DNA of 64,000 nucleotides from Pelagibaca sp. (GTDB lineage Bacteria > Pseudomonadota > Alphaproteobacteria > Rhodobacterales > Rhodobacteraceae): assembly GCA_041725935.1 (NCBI GenBank), contig JBGRQD010000018.1:9242-73241 (forward strand). The letters are read 5' to 3'. The notes under the pieces are model-generated. The model was not told the origin of the DNA. It was given only the letters and a program-made list of their open reading frames with translations, and ran no database searches. Made by a program: the position numbers and the translations under genes. This document shows positions 1 through 9,915 of the stretch, piece after piece. The stretch's first letter is position 1. Each line of letters opens with the position of its first letter.

Positions 1-850
1 CCAGCGTGTGCATCTCGTCGATGAAGAGAATGATCTCGCCCGCTGCCGATGTCACTTCGGACAGAATGCCTTTCAGCCGCTCCTCGAACTCACCCCGATA
101 TTTCGCACCAGCGATCAGCGCGCCCATGTCGAGCGCCAGAAGGCGCTTGTTGCGCAGGCTTTCGGGCACGTCACCATTGACAATCCGTAGCGCGAGGCCT
201 TCGGCAATCGCGGTCTTGCCCACGCCGGGTTCCCCGATCAGCACCGGGTTGTTCTTGGTCCGCCGGCTGAGCACCTGCATCGCGCGACGAATTTCATCGT
301 CCCGGCCAATGATCGGGTCGATCTTGCCCTCACGGGCGCGTTCGGTCAGGTCCAGCGTGAATTTCTTGAGCGCTTCGTACTGATCCTCGGCGCTGGCGCT
401 GTCGGCGGTGCGTCCCTTGCGGATGTCGTTGATCGCGGAATTCAATTCCTGCGCAGTCACCGCACCGGCCTCAAGCGCCTCTTTCGCAGGGCTCTTGACC
501 ATGGCAAGCGCCATGAGAATGCGCTCCACCGGAACAAAACTGTCCCCGGCTTTCTTGGCGATCTTTTCCGCCTCGTCGAGCACTTTGCCCGTCGCGCTGT
601 CCAGATAGACCTGCCCCGCATCGCCCGACACTTTGGGGATCTTGGCAAGCTTGCCATCCAAGGCCTGAACGACCCGCTGCGGCGCACCGCCCGCGCGTTG
701 AATAAGGTTAGACGCCAACCCCTGCTCATCGTCCATCAAGGCTTTGAGGATGTGTTCGGGCGCAAGCCGTTGATGGCTTTCCCGCATTGCAATCGTCTGG
801 GCCGCCTGAATGAAACCGCGCGACCGTTCCGTGAACTTCTCCAAGTTCAT
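1..850 (-). CDS. clpB: ATP-dependent chaperone ClpB, 5' part (runs off left edge; not in ORF track)
   Basis: Manual translation from ATG at 850: [18 protein letters not shown]... [12 protein letters not shown]... [14 protein letters not shown] (Walker A)... [10 protein letters not shown] (Walker B). Confidence 0.97.
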   Translation of the reverse strand, partial: MNLEKFTERSRGFIQAAQTIAMRESHQRLAPEHILKALMDDEQGLASNLIQRAGGAPQRVVQALDGKLAKIPKVSGDAGQVYLDSATGKVLDEAEKIAKKAGDSFVPVERILMALAMVKSPAKEALEAGAVTAQELNSAINDIRKGRTADSASAEDQYEALKKFTLDLTERAREGKIDPIIGRDDEIRRAMQVLSRRTKNNPVLIGEPGVGKTAIAEGLALRIVNGDVPESLRNKRLLALDMGALIAGAKYRGEFEERLKGILSEVTSAAGEIILFIDEMHTL

Positions 851-932
851 GGCTCTCTCCTTCTTGTTAAGCACCCCGTTCATCGAAACGCCCGACTTCG
901 GCACGTCCCTTTCTGGGCCTTCACAATAGGAA

Positions 933-959
933 ATGGGGGCACGCGGGCCCCCGTTCAAG
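933..959 (-). promoter_or_regulatory. RpoH (sigma-32)-type promoter of clpB
   Basis: Minus strand CTTGAA-N15-CCCCAT, about 85 nt upstream of the clpB ATG; matches the heat-shock consensus. Confidence 0.85.
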
Positions 960-984
960 AGGTCGTGATCACCAAGCCCCGCGC

Positions 985-1233
985 CTAGTCGATGACAGTC
1001 TCATTGTCGCGATATTCAGGCCCGGATGGGGAAGGCACGCCCGCGCTGTCGGTGTCGGGATCGACCACTTCATCGGTCTGTGCCTCGGGCGACTCGCTTG
1101 TGTCCAGCGGGCTTGTTTCGATCTGTTGGGCTTCGGGCGCGACCGGCCCCCCGGTCGGGCGACCGAGCCAGACCATTGCGGCAACCAGAAGAACAAAACC
1201 AATCGGGATCATTGCGTAAAGATACCGTCTCAT
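985..1233 (-). CDS. Small single-TM acidic hypothetical protein (82 aa)
   Basis: N-terminal hydrophobic helix, then D/E/S/T/P-rich tail; ATGA overlap with the upstream ORF. Confidence 0.7.
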   Translation of the reverse strand: MRRYLYAMIPIGFVLLVAAMVWLGRPTGGPVAPEAQQIETSPLDTSESPEAQTDEVVDPDTDSAGVPSPSGPEYRDNETVID

Positions 1234-1649
1234 TGCGAGTCCTCCGTCGTTTCTACCATGCCTGTCTCGTTGTTGACGGTCCCGTTCTCCGGCGACACAA
1301 CCGCATCGGCGTCAAGCAAGCGTCGTCCCTCGTCGGCAACCGTGTTGTCCTGAACGGGATCCGTAATTCCGGTCAGATCGGTGGCGTCGGCGTTGCCGTC
1401 GATGATATCGCTCGGAGTGCGCTCGACCGGGACGTTGGGTTCGTCTTCCAGAACGGTTCCTATATTGTCCGGATTGCTGCCGGCACCTGTCGGGTTCTGG
1501 GTCAGATCGTCGAGATAAGGGTTTGTTGTCGAATAGGCGGTCGGACCAAACTGCCAGACCACAAACGCCACGATTGCCGCGATGACGGCGACAAGGGCGA
1601 TTGGGCGTGCCATGGTCTTTGCGCCAGAGTCTTCGTTGTTCTGTGTCAT
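1230..1649 (-). CDS. Single-TM acidic, low-complexity hypothetical protein (139 aa)
   Basis: GGAGG RBS; TM segment IALVAVIAAIVAFVVW; D/E/N/T-rich remainder. Confidence 0.75.
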   Translation of the reverse strand: MTQNNEDSGAKTMARPIALVAVIAAIVAFVVWQFGPTAYSTTNPYLDDLTQNPTGAGSNPDNIGTVLEDEPNVPVERTPSDIIDGNADATDLTGITDPVQDNTVADEGRRLLDADAVVSPENGTVNNETGMVETTEDSQ

Positions 1650-1672
1650 GAAACCTCCGTTATCGCGGACTC

Positions 1673-1697
1673 AACCCGCCGCGATTTGGGTTGTTCC
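1673..1697 (-). promoter_or_regulatory. EcfG/ECF15-type promoter
   Basis: GGAAC-N16-GGTT on minus strand, about 25 nt upstream of ATG 1649. Confidence 0.6.
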
Positions 1698-1754
1698 TTG
1701 ACGCGTCGCCGCACGTTTGTCAGACGGGGCCACCATTCACAGGAGAGCCCAGAT

Positions 1755-2471
1755 ATGTCCGATGACCGCCTGATTGTCGCTTTGGACGTGCCGAACGCAC
1801 TGGTCGGACTGGAGCTCGCCGCCAAGCTGGGCGACACGGTGTCGTTCTACAAGATCGGTCTGGGCATGCTCACCGGCGGCGGTCTGGCCTTGGCCAATGA
1901 ACTCAAGCAAGAGCACGGCAAGCGCATCTTCCTCGACATGAAGTTGTTCGACATCGGCGCCACCGTCGAAGCCGCCGTGCGCGGGCTGGCGCAATTCGAT
2001 CTGGATTTCCTGACCGTGCATGGCGACCCCTATGTGGTCCGCGCCGCCAAGGAGGGTGCTGCAGGCTCAGACCTTAAGATCCTTGCGGTCACGATCCTGA
2101 CCTCGCTCGAACGCAGCGATCTCGACAGCGCCCTGATCCGGGAGGGCGCGCTTCCCGATCTGGTGGTCGAACGCGCGGGCCGCGCCTTTGATGCGGGTGC
2201 GGATGGGGTGATCTCGTCGCCAAACGAAGCCGCGCTGATCCGCGCTCTGCCCGAGGCGGCGGGCCGGTTGATCGTCACACCGGGTGTGCGTCCGGCGGGG
2301 GCCGATCTGGGCGATCAGAAGCGCGTTGCGACCCCGGCCAACGCGGTCAAGAACGGCGTCGATCATATCGTCGTCGGTCGCCCGGTCTGGAAAGCCGCCG
2401 ATCCGCGCGGCGCGGCAAAGGCCATCGTGGCCGAGATGCAATCACCCCAAGCCCGTCAGCCAAACGCCTGA
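1755..2471 (+). CDS. pyrF: Orotidine-5'-phosphate decarboxylase
   Basis: LIVALD, IFLDMKLFDIGATV, VTPGVRP, VVGRP motifs; AGGAG RBS before ATG 1755. Confidence 0.97.
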   Translation: MSDDRLIVALDVPNALVGLELAAKLGDTVSFYKIGLGMLTGGGLALANELKQEHGKRIFLDMKLFDIGATVEAAVRGLAQFDLDFLTVHGDPYVVRAAKEGAAGSDLKILAVTILTSLERSDLDSALIREGALPDLVVERAGRAFDAGADGVISSPNEAALIRALPEAAGRLIVTPGVRPAGADLGDQKRVATPANAVKNGVDHIVVGRPVWKAADPRGAAKAIVAEMQSPQARQPNA

Positions 2472-2854
2472 TCCAGGTACCTTTGCACCATATCGGCAAA
2501 ATGCGGGATCGCCTCGGGGTGACGGCTATACTCAGCCGGGTCCATCAACTCCCATCCCTGCCCCTCTGAGCCAAACACGATGCGTGCTTCCGCGTCCTCC
2601 GGCAGATGCGCGGCAAAGAACACGCCCGCTTTGAACCGATCGCACCAGACAAGATCGCCTGTGTCCAAGGTCAAACCGACCTCCTCGAAGGTTTCACGCA
2701 GCACGCAAGCCTCTGCTGTCTCGGACCCGTCACGTCCGCCGCCCGGCAGATCAAGCCGTCCGGGCCACGGAATGTCGGGCTTGTTGTCCCGACGCAGCAC
2801 GACGATCCGGTCGCCGATAAACAGGATCAGCTTTGCACCGCCAAAATCCTGCAT
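2456..2854 (-). CDS. NUDIX hydrolase
   Basis: Nudix box-like LPGGGRDGSETAEACVLRETFEEVGL; start trimmed to MQDFGGAK. Confidence 0.9.
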   Translation of the reverse strand: MQDFGGAKLILFIGDRIVVLRRDNKPDIPWPGRLDLPGGGRDGSETAEACVLRETFEEVGLTLDTGDLVWCDRFKAGVFFAAHLPEDAEARIVFGSEGQGWELMDPAEYSRHPEAIPHFADMVQRYLDQAFG

Positions 2855-2920
2855 GATCCAACCCTTTTGTCTGTCCTGCGCCGGGTGTATCCTGACCATA
2901 CCCCTTCGGATAGCCACCCC

Positions 2921-4174
2921 ATGCCCGCCCTCTGCCGCGATTGTCTGACCGAATTCGAAGCCGGTGCGCGCTGCCCCGCGTGCCGAAGCCCGCGCGTGAT
3001 CGCCCATCCAGAACTTTATGACCTGAGCATCGCCCATATGGATTGCGATGCGTTCTACGCTTCGGTCGAAAAGCGCGACAATCCCGATCTGGCGGACAAG
3101 CCCGTGATCATCGGCGGCGGTCGGCGCGGCGTGGTATCGACCGCCTGTTATGTCGCGCGGATCAGAGGGGTCCGGTCCGCCATGCCGATGTTCAAGGCGC
3201 TGCAACTCTGCCCCGATGCGGTGATCGTCAAGCCGCGGATGGACGCCTATGTCCACGCCTCCCGCGCGATCCGGCAGCTGATGGAGGAACTGACACCGGC
3301 CATCGAACCCCTGTCGCTGGATGAGGCGTTCATCGACCTGACCGGCACCGCGCGGTTGCACGGCCATCCACCTGCGGTGATGCTCGCCCGGCTGGTCAAA
3401 CGGATGCGCGACGAACTGGGCCTAACCGGGTCCATCGGTCTGAGCCACAACAAGTTTCTTGCCAAGATCGCATCGGATCTGGACAAACCGCGCGGCTTTT
3501 CGGTGATCGGTGCCGTAGAAACCCAAGCCTTCCTGCGCCCCAAACCCGTGCGGTTGATCTGGGGCGTCGGTGCCGCCACTCAGGACGCGCTGGACCGTGC
3601 GGGTATCCGCACCTTCGACGATCTGCTGCGTTGGGAGATGAACGATCTCACGCACCGGTTCGGCAGCATGGGTCACCGGCTCTGGCATCTCGCGCGCGGT
3701 CAGGACCAGCGGCGCGTGTCAGCCCACAGCCCGATGAAATCCATCTCGAACGAAACCACGTTTCACGACGACACCAACGATCCTGATCTGCTGGATGGGC
3801 ATCTGTGGCGCATGTGCGAAAAGGTGTCGGACCGCGCCAAGGCCAAGTCACTGGCGGGTCGGGTTGTGACGCTCAAACTCAAACGGTCGAATTTTACGCT
3901 GATCACCAAACGCATGTCGCTGAGCGATCCAACGCAAATCGCGGACCGCATTTACAGAACCGCGCGGGCGCTCTTCGATCAGGTTGGCGATCAGGGGCCC
4001 TATCGCCTTTTGGGCACAGGAATCAGTGATCTCAGCCCTGCAGAAGGTGCGGATGTCTCTGGAGACCTCCTAGACCCCCAAGGCATAAAACGTGCGCAGG
4101 CCGAACGGGCCACCGATGCGATCCGGGAAAGATTCGGGCCCGACGCGATCCTCAAGGGGCGCGCCCTGCGCTGA
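2921..4174 (+). CDS. dinB: DNA polymerase IV with N-terminal Zn ribbon
   Basis: HMDCDAFYASVE, STACYVAR, SLDEAF motifs; CxxC...CxxC at N-terminus. Confidence 0.96.
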   Translation: MPALCRDCLTEFEAGARCPACRSPRVIAHPELYDLSIAHMDCDAFYASVEKRDNPDLADKPVIIGGGRRGVVSTACYVARIRGVRSAMPMFKALQLCPDAVIVKPRMDAYVHASRAIRQLMEELTPAIEPLSLDEAFIDLTGTARLHGHPPAVMLARLVKRMRDELGLTGSIGLSHNKFLAKIASDLDKPRGFSVIGAVETQAFLRPKPVRLIWGVGAATQDALDRAGIRTFDDLLRWEMNDLTHRFGSMGHRLWHLARGQDQRRVSAHSPMKSISNETTFHDDTNDPDLLDGHLWRMCEKVSDRAKAKSLAGRVVTLKLKRSNFTLITKRMSLSDPTQIADRIYRTARALFDQVGDQGPYRLLGTGISDLSPAEGADVSGDLLDPQGIKRAQAERATDAIRERFGPDAILKGRALR

Positions 4175-4177
4175 AGC

Positions 4178-4495
4178 TCACATCAACTGGTTTTCTTCGT
4201 CCACCGCCGAAATGCCGAGCGCTTCCAGTCCGGACTCCAGATGGTCCGACAGATGCGGCGTGCCGATCAGGTAATCTGCGGTGGGCGTGGTGGCCTCGTG
4301 CATTGCGGTCTCAAACGCCTCGTCCCAGTCCTCGACCTCGAACGCACCGCGCCCGATCCACATGATCGTGACCAGCTCAGCCTGCTCTTCTTCGGTCATG
4401 CGGTCGATGAAGCCCCGCATCTCGCCCTCGGCGCGACCCAGTTCGCGCGCCATCACGATGACAGCGGCCACCTTGTGTGCAGTGATATGTTCCAT
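4178..4495 (-). CDS. DUF3775-family protein
   Basis: EEQAELVTIMWIGRG...TADYLIGTPHLSDHLESGLEALG pattern. Confidence 0.8.
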   Translation of the reverse strand: MEHITAHKVAAVIVMARELGRAEGEMRGFIDRMTEEEQAELVTIMWIGRGAFEVEDWDEAFETAMHEATTPTADYLIGTPHLSDHLESGLEALGISAVDEENQLM

Positions 4496-4555
4496 GTCGA
4501 ATCTCCCATGCCGTTTGATCAAACATGGACGACACGGGCATCTTTGACTTTGATC

Positions 4556-5287
4556 TTACGCAAACAGCCGGTAGTAGAGCCAGTCCGGCAGAAACTGGCT
4601 GCCCCGGAACACCCATGAAAACAGCGTCGGAAAGCTGCGCTTGAACGCGCTGGTGTTCATATGTTCGAAAAATTCCTGGGCGGCTTGCTCCGGTTCCATG
4701 ATGAACGGCATCTTGAAATCGTTCTTGTCGGTCAGCCGTGTTTTGACGAAGCCCGGATTGATCAGCTGAACCCGTACATTTGTCCTGTGCAGGTCCGCGT
4801 AAAGCGATTCCGCCAGCGTCATGACCCCCGCCTTGGACGAGGTATAAGCAGCGGCGGCAGGCAATCCGCGAAAGCCGGACAGGGATCCTGTCAGCACGAT
4901 ATGCCCCGCATCGCGTTCCACGAATTTCGGAACGACAGCCCCCATCAGACGCATCGCACCGGTAAAGTTGATGTCGGCCATGGCGATGGCCTGATCCATG
5001 TCCCACTCCTTGGCCCCGAACGGCCAATAGACACCGGCAATCTGGACGATGCCGTCGATGTCGCCAACCGCTTCTGCTGCGGCTTTGACTGAGTCGGTGT
5101 CGGACACATCGACCGGAACAACCTCGGCCGTTCCCGGCAGGCGACCGGCCAGTTCGTGCAGCTTGTCCTCGCTTCGGGCAGACAAAATCAGGTGAACGCC
5201 CGCCGCACTCATCTTCTGCGCCAGAGCTTCGCCGAGGCCTTCGCTCGCCCCGACCAGCCAATACCGTTTACCCGCCCAATCGATCAC
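4556..5287 (-). CDS. Short-chain dehydrogenase/reductase (RSP1087-like)
   Basis: GASEGLG and YTSSK motifs; last gene of the operon divergent from rpoE. Confidence 0.92.
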   Translation of the reverse strand: MIDWAGKRYWLVGASEGLGEALAQKMSAAGVHLILSARSEDKLHELAGRLPGTAEVVPVDVSDTDSVKAAAEAVGDIDGIVQIAGVYWPFGAKEWDMDQAIAMADINFTGAMRLMGAVVPKFVERDAGHIVLTGSLSGFRGLPAAAAYTSSKAGVMTLAESLYADLHRTNVRVQLINPGFVKTRLTDKNDFKMPFIMEPEQAAQEFFEHMNTSAFKRSFPTLFSWVFRGSQFLPDWLYYRLFA

Positions 5288-5850
5288 GCCGTTTCCTTCC
5301 TGCGCATGGTGGCCACCAGTTCGGCCACCTTGATTCCGTATTTGCGAAACTGACTGCGGTTCACGATCGTTCCATTCGGCGCGAGATACATCCAGTCCGT
5401 CGTGTCCAGCACATGCCCGCCCTGATCTGCAGGCAGCTTGTACTTGTACTTGAGTTGCACCGTCGGGCCGCTTTGCATGCCGCGACCCTCGCCGACGACA
5501 TCGGACGCGGTGGCACGGATATGCCCGTCATTGCCCAGCGTCAGGTTCCATTCCCGCAGCACTTCATCGCCGCTGTCATAGATGAACCGTTCCGTCATGA
5601 CCCCTTTGTTGCCGGTCCAGACCGCATCGAAATCGCCGACAAAGCGCGACGTAACGCGGCCCGTGGGACCGTAGATCACCCCTTCACAGACAATCGGCCC
5701 GTTCAGATGGGTCCGCAGGTCGAACGGCTCGCCCCGCGCATCGGCATAGTCGGACGGGGACTGGCCATAGAACCCAAGATACCTGGTCTTGAGGTATCCA
5801 AGGCTGAGCATGAGGCTTGCTCCGAGAACTATAAGAAAGACAGTCTCCAT
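5284..5850 (-). CDS. DUF3833-family protein (RSP1088-like)
   Basis: ERFIYDSG, DWMYL, NRSQFRKYG pattern; position in the operon. Confidence 0.85.
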   Translation of the reverse strand: METVFLIVLGASLMLSLGYLKTRYLGFYGQSPSDYADARGEPFDLRTHLNGPIVCEGVIYGPTGRVTSRFVGDFDAVWTGNKGVMTERFIYDSGDEVLREWNLTLGNDGHIRATASDVVGEGRGMQSGPTVQLKYKYKLPADQGGHVLDTTDWMYLAPNGTIVNRSQFRKYGIKVAELVATMRRKETA

Positions 5851-5854
5851 GACG

Positions 5855-7087
5855 TCATTCCTTTCCAATCGGTGTTGCGATCAAAAGGCCGATCGCCACC
5901 AGTTTCAAAGCGCAGGGCACTCCTGCGTAGAGCAAAGTCAAAGTCGTCAGCGCCACATCGCTGTTCTCGGCCCCCGAGACAAAGCCGCTGGCCTCGAGGA
6001 TGGGCAGCAACGCGATGGCGGCAAAAGCGAGCGTGAACTTGGAGACGAAGCCCCAAAGTGCAAATCCTTCGGACGCTTCTGGCGCGATGGTTTCCATGCG
6101 CCGCGCGAACACGGCAGGCAACAGCGTGAGATCCGCACCAACCGCCGCGCCCGAGGCAAGGCAGATGATCGCGAACCAGACCGTGTCGCCGCTGCCCAGC
6201 ATCATGGCAAAGCTGAAGGCGATGATGGCCAGCACCATTGCAGACAACAGTGCAGGCTTCGCGCCGATCCGTTCGGCCAATGCCCCCCACAAAGGGGCAG
6301 CCACAGCAGCGGCCACGAAGAACAAAAGCAGCAACGGCCCTTCCCAGCCCGGCGCGTCAAGACGGCTTTCGACGAAGAACAGGAACAGCGTCGAACTGAC
6401 CGCAACCGGCGCGGCGTTCACCAAGGCGATCAGCAAGAGCCGACGCGAAATCTGATCCTTGAGGACGATGCCGAACCCCGCCGACGGCTCAGTCGTGGCA
6501 CCACGCCATTCGTTGTGCATCGCGATCCCGGCGATCAGGCAGGCCAGTGCGAACACGGCGGCATAGGCCACGAATTCCGGCCATGCGAGGGCCAGAAAGA
6601 CCGACGGCATCACCGAGGCCACGCACACGCCCAGCAATGCGCCGGTTTCGCGCCAGCGGGCCACCGTCAGATAGCCCGTGTCGCCGCCAAGCGTCTTGGC
6701 CTTCTTCACACCGCGCGCATAGAAGTTGATGGTCAAAAAGCTGAACGCCGAGAAGACCAGCGTCAGCATCACCGCGAACCACAGGATCGGGTTGGTCGGC
6801 GGTGTGACCGCAAAGAGGCCCAGCATCGCGGTCCCCATGATCGCCAGCGTCACACCGACAGCGAGGCCCTGAAAGCGCCGCAGCGCGACAGCCAGTTTGC
6901 CCAGCAACGGGTCCTGCACCACGTCCAGCAGCCGCAGCCCGAAAAGGACCGACCCAAGCGCAGCAAGGCTGACGCCGTATTCATCGACGTAGAACTTGGG
7001 CGCATGGATGTAGATCGGCAAACCCGCTGCCGCGAGGACCGCCGCAAAGATGGCGTATCCACCAAGATTCTGCCGATCAGCGCTCAT
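5855..7087 (-). CDS. MFS/GPH-family transporter (RSP1089-like)
   Basis: About 12 hydrophobic segments; TAATG overlap with the upstream gene. Confidence 0.9.
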   Translation of the reverse strand: MSADRQNLGGYAIFAAVLAAAGLPIYIHAPKFYVDEYGVSLAALGSVLFGLRLLDVVQDPLLGKLAVALRRFQGLAVGVTLAIMGTAMLGLFAVTPPTNPILWFAVMLTLVFSAFSFLTINFYARGVKKAKTLGGDTGYLTVARWRETGALLGVCVASVMPSVFLALAWPEFVAYAAVFALACLIAGIAMHNEWRGATTEPSAGFGIVLKDQISRRLLLIALVNAAPVAVSSTLFLFFVESRLDAPGWEGPLLLLFFVAAAVAAPLWGALAERIGAKPALLSAMVLAIIAFSFAMMLGSGDTVWFAIICLASGAAVGADLTLLPAVFARRMETIAPEASEGFALWGFVSKFTLAFAAIALLPILEASGFVSGAENSDVALTTLTLLYAGVPCALKLVAIGLLIATPIGKE

Positions 7088-7842
7088 TACTGGCTGACTT
7101 CTTCCAGGGGCGGTTCCGGCCGCGTCCGATAACGCGATCCTTTCCACCACAGTTTCAGCGCTTGCCAATGAATCAGCGCCAGAACCCGACGTGACCCGAA
7201 CGGACGGCGCAGAAGCGACCTCAGGATCGACGCGTTGCTGATGGGCTTGCGAGGCCCGGTCAGGGTGGCGATCAGCCCACCTTTAGCCTGCGAATAATCG
7301 ATCCATATCCCGATCCTGTCGGTGCGGATATCAAAGCGGAATTCGTAGCCGCCTTCGACCGGCTGAAACGGCGAGACATAGAAAATCTTGGTCGCCTGCA
7401 CCCGGTCCGACGCGCTGATGGCGGAATTGTCCGGCTTGCGGCATAGGTAGGAATGGCGGTCACCAAATGTGTTCGACACCTCGGCGATCACCGCAACAAG
7501 CTTGTCCTTTTCGTCGTGCGCCAGCCAGAACGATACCGGGTTGAACACATGCCCAAGGAATCGCGGTTGCGCCAGAAGCAGAAGCGGACCGACCGCCCGC
7601 ACCTGATGCGCGTCCAGAACCTCGCGGGCCCAGACAGCCCCACGGCCCTGACCCGGCGCTCCACCGTGGTCGCTGTCGAGCAGGCTGGCCACGTTGCCCT
7701 TGTTGCGGGAAAACAGCCACGGCGTCTTCGGCTTGGCCTCGGCATCCACCATCACGTAGTCGATGGAGTAGCGAAAGGCATTGTCCGTATTGCCCTTGCG
7801 ACCGTGGTAGGTGTGGCCGACGATATGATCTACAGCCTTCAT
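7087..7842 (-). CDS. ufaO: DUF1365 protein (RSP1090/UfaO-like)
   Basis: FNPVSFW, EVSNTFGDRHSY, KIFYVSPF, IHWQALKLWWKG motifs; synteny with rpoE-chrR. Confidence 0.8.
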   Translation of the reverse strand: MKAVDHIVGHTYHGRKGNTDNAFRYSIDYVMVDAEAKPKTPWLFSRNKGNVASLLDSDHGGAPGQGRGAVWAREVLDAHQVRAVGPLLLLAQPRFLGHVFNPVSFWLAHDEKDKLVAVIAEVSNTFGDRHSYLCRKPDNSAISASDRVQATKIFYVSPFQPVEGGYEFRFDIRTDRIGIWIDYSQAKGGLIATLTGPRKPISNASILRSLLRRPFGSRRVLALIHWQALKLWWKGSRYRTRPEPPLEEVSQ

Positions 7843-9137
7843 TCAGCCGCCACCGAAACCGCGTTGCGCGCCCGGATGGCGTCCACCACATCGACCGCGC
7901 TGCCAAGCCCGTCTTCGTGAAAGCCGTTCTTCATCCAGGCGCCGCAGAACCATGTCCGGTTTGTGCCGTTCATGTCCCGCACCATGTCCTGCGCAGCCAA
8001 CGCATCGAGGTCATAGACCGGGTGCCGCAACGTGCATTCGTCATAGATCAGGTCTTCGCGGATCGGGCGGGTCGTGTTCAGCGTGACGAAATGCGGATCG
8101 CTTTCCGGGATAGGCTGAAGACTGTTCATCCAGTAGGTCAGGTCGATGGTGTTGAGGTCTTTCGCGGCGCTTTCGGTGTAGTTCCACGACGACCAGCAGA
8201 TGCGCTTCTTCGGCATGACACTGGCATCGGCATGAAGGACAACCCGGTTCGGCTGATAGGTGATCGCACCCAGCGCGCGCTTCTCCAACGGAGTCGCGTC
8301 GGACAGCAGGTGCAGTGTGTCGTCGGAATGGGTGGCAAAGACCACCTCGTCGTAGGTTTCCCACTCGCCTCCCTTGGCCTTGATGTCGACGCTCGTGACA
8401 TCGCGGCGCACCGCGTCGATTGGCGCACCAAGGCGCAAGGTCACGTTGCGCGTCTTCATCGACGCCTCAAGGCGACGCACATATTCAATGGAACCGCCCT
8501 GCACGGTGTACCACTGGTGCTGGCCTGTATGGGACAGAAGCGCGTGGTTTTCCATGAACTGAACCAGCGCATGCGCCGGGAAATCCATCACCCGTTCCGT
8601 CGGTGTCGACCAGATCGCACCGGTCAGCGGCAGCAGGTAATATTCGCGGAACCACTCACCGGTGCCAAGTTGCTCGAGGAACGCGCCAAGGCTCAGACTA
8701 CGATCCCGCGTGGCGTCCAGCGCATGCTTATTGAAGGTGGTGATGTCCTTCAGCATCCGAAGGAACTTGGGGTTCAGCAGGTTCTTCTTCTGCGCAAAGA
8801 TCGACCCCAGCGACGCCAGCGCGTATTCGATGCGCCCGCCATCGAGGCTCGCGCCAAAACTCATGCTGCTTTTTGCCACCGGCACGTCGAGCGATTTGAA
8901 CAGCCGCGCAAGATGCGGGTAATTGGCGTAGTTGAAGACGATGAACCCGGTATCGACAGGTTGATCGCCGTTCTTGCCAGCAACGATGGTGCGGGCATGT
9001 CCACCCAGCCTGGGTTCGGCCTCGTACAATGTCACATGGTGGTCTTCGGACAGCATATGCGCTGCCCCCATCCCCGAAATCCCTGCGCCAATCACGGCAA
9101 TTTTCTTGGGGGCGCTGGCACGGGCTTCGAATGGCAT
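7839..9137 (-). CDS. ufaD: FAD-dependent oxidoreductase (RSP1091/UfaD-like fatty-acyl desaturase)
   Basis: GAGISG dinucleotide motif, VDTGFIVFN, GFHEDG; divergent from rpoE. Confidence 0.8.
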   Translation of the reverse strand: MPFEARASAPKKIAVIGAGISGMGAAHMLSEDHHVTLYEAEPRLGGHARTIVAGKNGDQPVDTGFIVFNYANYPHLARLFKSLDVPVAKSSMSFGASLDGGRIEYALASLGSIFAQKKNLLNPKFLRMLKDITTFNKHALDATRDRSLSLGAFLEQLGTGEWFREYYLLPLTGAIWSTPTERVMDFPAHALVQFMENHALLSHTGQHQWYTVQGGSIEYVRRLEASMKTRNVTLRLGAPIDAVRRDVTSVDIKAKGGEWETYDEVVFATHSDDTLHLLSDATPLEKRALGAITYQPNRVVLHADASVMPKKRICWSSWNYTESAAKDLNTIDLTYWMNSLQPIPESDPHFVTLNTTRPIREDLIYDECTLRHPVYDLDALAAQDMVRDMNGTNRTWFCGAWMKNGFHEDGLGSAVDVVDAIRARNAVSVAAE

Positions 9138-9168
9138 AAGGGTCTCTTTCCTTGAGTGTCTAGTTTTG

Positions 9169-9196
9169 TTTACGGTTTACCTCCGGGAGCGGATGA
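9169..9196 (-). promoter_or_regulatory. RpoE (ECF11) promoter for the RSP1091-like operon
   Basis: TCATCC-N16-CGTAAA on minus strand. Confidence 0.7.
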
Positions 9197-9217
9197 AAAG
9201 AAAACGAAAATAATCTT

Positions 9218-9245
9218 TGATCCGAACCTGTGCTCAAGCCGTAAC
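9218..9245 (+). promoter_or_regulatory. RpoE (ECF11) autoregulatory promoter
   Basis: TGATCC-N16-CGTAAC. Confidence 0.8.
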
Positions 9246-9251
9246 CGTTAC

Positions 9252-9908
9252 ATGTTCACGACAAACATGCTTACGTCGCAGTGCCAGTTCTCTCCCGTTG
9301 CCAATGGGATAAAAATACGCGACTTCAGCATGGCAGCCGCGGACGGAACCGAGACTTTGACTGAAGGATTAACAAACACCGTCGTGCCCTTCGTGGACGA
9401 CTTGATCGCCGTCCGCGATGCGCGGGACGAAGCGGCGTTTATAAGGGTGTTCGGTCATTTCGGACCGCGCGTGAAATCTTTCCTGATGCGAACGGGCATG
9501 GACGCTGCACTCGCTGAGGAATGCGCACAAGAGGTGCTCGTGACGGTGTGGAACAAGGCGCATCTGTACGATGCGACGCGGGCAAGTCCTTCGACATGGA
9601 TTTTCACCATTGCCCGGAACAAGAAAATCGACGTGCTGCGGAAACAGCGGCGTCCCGATCCCGAGGATCTGCCTTGGGGACCGGAAGCAGAACCTGATCA
9701 GGCCGATGTGGTCGGATTGCAACAGGAGAGCGAGCAACTGGGTCGTGCCTTGCGCGATCTGCCCGAGAAACAAAGAGAATTGATCGAAAAGGCCTATTTT
9801 GGGGAATTGTCTCACAGCGAAATCGCTGATCAGACGGGTCTTCCGCTGGGCACGATCAAATCCCGTATTAGATTGGCGCTGGAGCGACTGCGCCATTCGA
9901 TGAAGTGA
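9252..9908 (+). CDS. rpoE: ECF sigma factor RpoE, ChrR-controlled (start uncertain: 9252, 9267 or 9330)
   Basis: DEAAF, WIFTIARN, GPEAEPDQAD, TGLPLGTIKSRIRLAL resemble Rhodobacter RpoE; followed by chrR. Confidence 0.93.
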   Translation: MFTTNMLTSQCQFSPVANGIKIRDFSMAAADGTETLTEGLTNTVVPFVDDLIAVRDARDEAAFIRVFGHFGPRVKSFLMRTGMDAALAEECAQEVLVTVWNKAHLYDATRASPSTWIFTIARNKKIDVLRKQRRPDPEDLPWGPEAEPDQADVVGLQQESEQLGRALRDLPEKQRELIEKAYFGELSHSEIADQTGLPLGTIKSRIRLALERLRHSMK

Positions 9909-9915
9909 CACTGAC

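Noticed and set aside
2855-2920. LexA box upstream of dinB
   Set aside because: No GTTC-N7-GTTC or GAAC-N7-GAAC found in the intergenic region.
4513-4524. GTTTGATCAAAC as an FNR site
   Set aside because: FNR needs TTGAT-N4-ATCAA; here there is no spacer. It is a single short palindrome with no second copy seen.
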